Shown here piece after piece: positions 61,275-64,000 of a stretch of DNA of 64,000 nucleotides. The notes below the pieces were generated by a model. That model had not been told where the DNA came from, ran no database searches, and worked only from the letters and a program-made list of their open reading frames with translations. The stretch lies in NCBI GenBank assembly GCA_017624155.1, contig JAGANS010000072.1, positions 1,962 to 65,961 on the forward strand, in the 5' to 3' direction. The position numbers were made by a program, and so were the translations under genes. Origin of the DNA: Muribaculaceae bacterium (GTDB lineage: Bacteria; Bacteroidota; Bacteroidia; Bacteroidales; Muribaculaceae). Numbering within the stretch: the stretch's first letter is position 1; each line of letters starts with the position of its first letter.

Positions 61275-64000
61275 TTTTTTGCAGGTTTATGTTGTCTGCG
61301 AGCGGCCAGGCGTGCCTTGGCCTTATACACCGCAACAAAAAAGAAAGGGACAAACACTATACCGGCCGTTATAGCCACAAGCATGCCGAAAAACACACCT
61401 GTACCGATATCACGGCGCGCTGCCGATCCGGGGCCTGTGGCAAATACCAGCGGCAACAGGCCAAGCATGAAGGCCAGCGACGTCATCACGATAGGCCTGA
61501 ATCTCAGCCGTGCCGCATTGAGCGCCGCGCGCATCGCCGTCAGCCCGCTCTCTACGCCTTCCTTGGCAAATTCCACTATCAGGATGGCATTCTTGGCCAC
61601 AAGACCGACAAGCATCACAAGACCTATCTGAAAATATATATTGTTCTCAAGACCGCATATCCATATACCGAGATACGCACCGACACCGGCTATCGGCAAT
61701 GACAATATGACTGCCACGGGCACCGACCAGCTTTCATAAAGGGCTGCAAGGACAAGAAATACAAATACAAAAGCCAGACCGAGAACCATACCGGTATTTC
61801 CGCTCTCATGTTTCTGCTGGTACGACAGTCCGCTCCATTCAACGCCGATATTGTCACCAAAATTCTCGTCGACAAGCCGCTCAAGCGCATCCATCGCCTG
61901 ACCTGTACTGTATCCGTGAGCCGCCTCACCTGAAATTGTGGCCGAATTGAACATGTTGAACCGCTGTATCGTACCGGGACCCGTAGTATATCGGGTATGG
62001 CCCAGCGAGGTCACAGGGATCATGGCTCCTCCATCTCCGCGCACAAAAAACAGATTCAGGTTGTCGCGGTTCTCCCGGTATGGAGCCTCTGCCTGAATAT
62101 AGACCCTGTATATGCGGTTGAACATGTTAAAGTCGTTCACATATATCGATCCCGTAAAAGCTTTCATAGTAGAGAATACATCGCTGAGAGGAACTCCCTG
62201 CAGCTGTGCGCGGTCGCGGTCTACATCGAAATACAGCTGGGGGATGTCGCTTTGCAACGATACAGACAGGCCGGCGAACTCAGGCATAGCGGACGCCTTT
62301 GCCATAATACTGTCGGTAGCCGCCTGCAGATCGGCATAGGTAGTTTCGCCACGTGCCTCAAGTACCATCTCAAAGCCTCCCGACGTACCCAGTCCCGGGA
62401 TAATCGGCGGAGTAAACACATGCACGCTGCTCTCGGGATATCGTCCTAACTCGGCGCTGACGCGACGTCGGATCTCATCAATGTCGCCTGTCCGGCGCTC
62501 CTGCCATGGTTTCAGTATCACCGTCAGAGTGGTATGGGCCTGGTTGGTTCCCACTCTGGGCGACGAGCCGGTCACATTAAGCACATGATCCACATCAGGA
62601 TCCGACTCAAGATAAGCCAGCGCCCGCTCGGTCACCTTTCGGGTACGCTCTATGGTGGCTCCTTCGGGCAACTCGAGCTCTACCGTGAAGTAACCCTGAT
62701 CCTCAGGTGACATGAAACTCTGCGGCATCACACGGTTCATAAACCATATAAACACCAAAGCCAGTCCAAACGCCACATACATGCGTCGCGGCTTGTCGAG
62801 GGCACGACGGATGCGGTGACCATAGAACCTGTTGCCGCGCCCGAGCCACAGATTGATTAGGCGGAAGAACTTCGCTTTCTTCCTGAGTCCTCCTGGTCGT
62901 AGCAATCTGGCACACATAACCGGCGACAGCGTCAGAGCCACAACCGTGGATATGATCACAGATACGGCGATAGTGATGGTAAACTGGCGGTAAAGCTGTC
63001 CGGTAATACCCGGCAAAAAACTCACAGGCACAAACACGGCGCACAGTACAAGCGACATGGCTACAAGTGCCGAGCCAAGATTTGCCATGGCCTTGCGGGT
63101 AGCCTCGGCCGGCCCTATACGTTCCTTGTTCATTATACGGTCTACGTTCTCGACTACAACTATGGCATCATCGACTACAATGCCGATAGCAAGAATAAGG
63201 CCAAGCAGGGTAAGCATATTGAGAGAGAATCCGAAGACCAGCATTACACCGAATGTCCCGATCAGAGATATCGGCACAGCAATGACAGGAATAAGTGTAG
63301 CACGCCAATTCTGCAACGACAGATAAACAACCAGTATAACCAGCAGTAACGCCTCGAAGAATGTGCGGTACACATGATGTATCGACTCAGATATGTATGT
63401 GGTCATGTCGAAAGGAATCTCATACGTGATTCCCTCGGGAAAATTCTCGCTAATCTCTTTCATAGCTGCCTTCACACGCTCGGCTACGTCCATTGCATTG
63501 GCTCCAGGCAACATAGTGATATTCAGCACAGCGGCATTGCCGCCGTCGATACCGCTCTCGGTTGAATACGACGATGCCTCGAGCGACACACGGGCCACAT
63601 CGCGCATACGTATCAGCGAGCCGTTAGTATGGGCTCTTATAACTATATCCTCGAATTCCTTGACACTCGACAGGCGTCCACGGGCTACGATCGGCACAGT
63701 CCGGTCGATGCCGTCGTTAGGTGCCTGTCCAAGCACACCGGCAGCCGACTCTCGGTTCTGATCCTTGAGCGCGTTCTGCAGATCCTTGACTGTTATACCC
63801 ATATCGGCGAGCTTGTCGGGCTGTACCCACAGTTGCATGGCATAATAACGGCTGCCGACGTTGCTTACACTTCCTACACCCGGAATACGGCGCAATATAT
63901 CGACTACATTGAGAGTAGCATAATTGCTGAGGTAAATTTCGTCAAACTTTGGATCGTTTGACTGCACGGTGATGGTCATAAGTCGCGTGGCAGTTTCCTT
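61271..64000 (-). CDS. RND efflux permease (AcrB/HAE1 family), 5' end outside the window
   Basis: LAIGIVVDDAIVVVEN, ALTLSP, GLVAKNAILIVEFA and RLRFRPIVMTS. Confidence 0.95.
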   Translation of the reverse strand, partial: KETATRLMTITVQSNDPKFDEIYLSNYATLNVVDILRRIPGVGSVSNVGSRYYAMQLWVQPDKLADMGITVKDLQNALKDQNRESAAGVLGQAPNDGIDRTVPIVARGRLSSVKEFEDIVIRAHTNGSLIRMRDVARVSLEASSYSTESGIDGGNAAVLNITMLPGANAMDVAERVKAAMKEISENFPEGITYEIPFDMTTYISESIHHVYRTFFEALLLVILVVYLSLQNWRATLIPVIAVPISLIGTFGVMLVFGFSLNMLTLLGLILAIGIVVDDAIVVVENVDRIMNKERIGPAEATRKAMANLGSALVAMSLVLCAVFVPVSFLPGITGQLYRQFTITIAVSVIISTVVALTLSPVMCARLLRPGGLRKKAKFFRLINLWLGRGNRFYGHRIRRALDKPRRMYVAFGLALVFIWFMNRVMPQSFMSPEDQGYFTVELELPEGATIERTRKVTERALAYLESDPDVDHVLNVTGSSPRVGTNQAHTTLTVILKPWQERRTGDIDEIRRRVSAELGRYPESSVHVFTPPIIPGLGTSGGFEMVLEARGETTYADLQAATDSIMAKASAMPEFAGLSVSLQSDIPQLYFDVDRDRAQLQGVPLSDVFSTMKAFTGSIYVNDFNMFNRIYRVYIQAEAPYRENRDNLNLFFVRGDGGAMIPVTSLGHTRYTTGPGTIQRFNMFNSATISGEAAHGYSTGQAMDALERLVDENFGDNIGVEWSGLSYQQKHESGNTGMVLGLAFVFVFLVLAALYESWSVPVAVILSLPIAGVGAYLGIWICGLENNIYFQIGLVMLVGLVAKNAILIVEFAKEGVESGLTAMRAALNAARLRFRPIVMTSLAFMLGLLPLVFATGPGSAARRDIGTGVFFGMLVAITAGIVFVPFFFVAVYKAKARLAARRQHKPAKK

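Overview
A gene-dense chromosomal segment from a Bacteroidales bacterium. The TAnnTTTG -7 promoters, short Bacteroidota-type RpoD and gene content support this, and Muribaculaceae-like is my inference. It holds about 56 CDSs, mostly housekeeping: degP, cvpA-sufBCDS, ligA, dprA, recG-ispD-glyA, pyrBI, thrC-like, dnaE-trxA, RelA/SpoT, smpB, pta-ackA, rpoD, the hut operon and an RND efflux pair. I found no rRNA, tRNA, CRISPR array, integrase or transposase. Five features stand out. (1) A TIR-domain protein coupled to smpB has a C-terminal two-thirds that looks like a compacted, ATPase-dead DnaK/Hsp70 relic, making it a candidate new anti-phage sensor-effector. (2) sufB has a single in-frame TGA exactly at a conserved Cys codon. 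(3) An identical 19-bp direct repeat brackets a 5.5-kb redox block containing an OxyR-like regulator, a near-consensus OxyR box and a CoA-disulfide reductase-rhodanese-TusA-DsrE fusion. (4) An AT-rich insert encodes a C10 cysteine protease and a serpin, both lipoproteins with degenerate functional motifs. (5) Hairpins overlap the predicted start sites of pyrBI and the hut operon. All family calls come from motif recognition by eye; no database searches were run.
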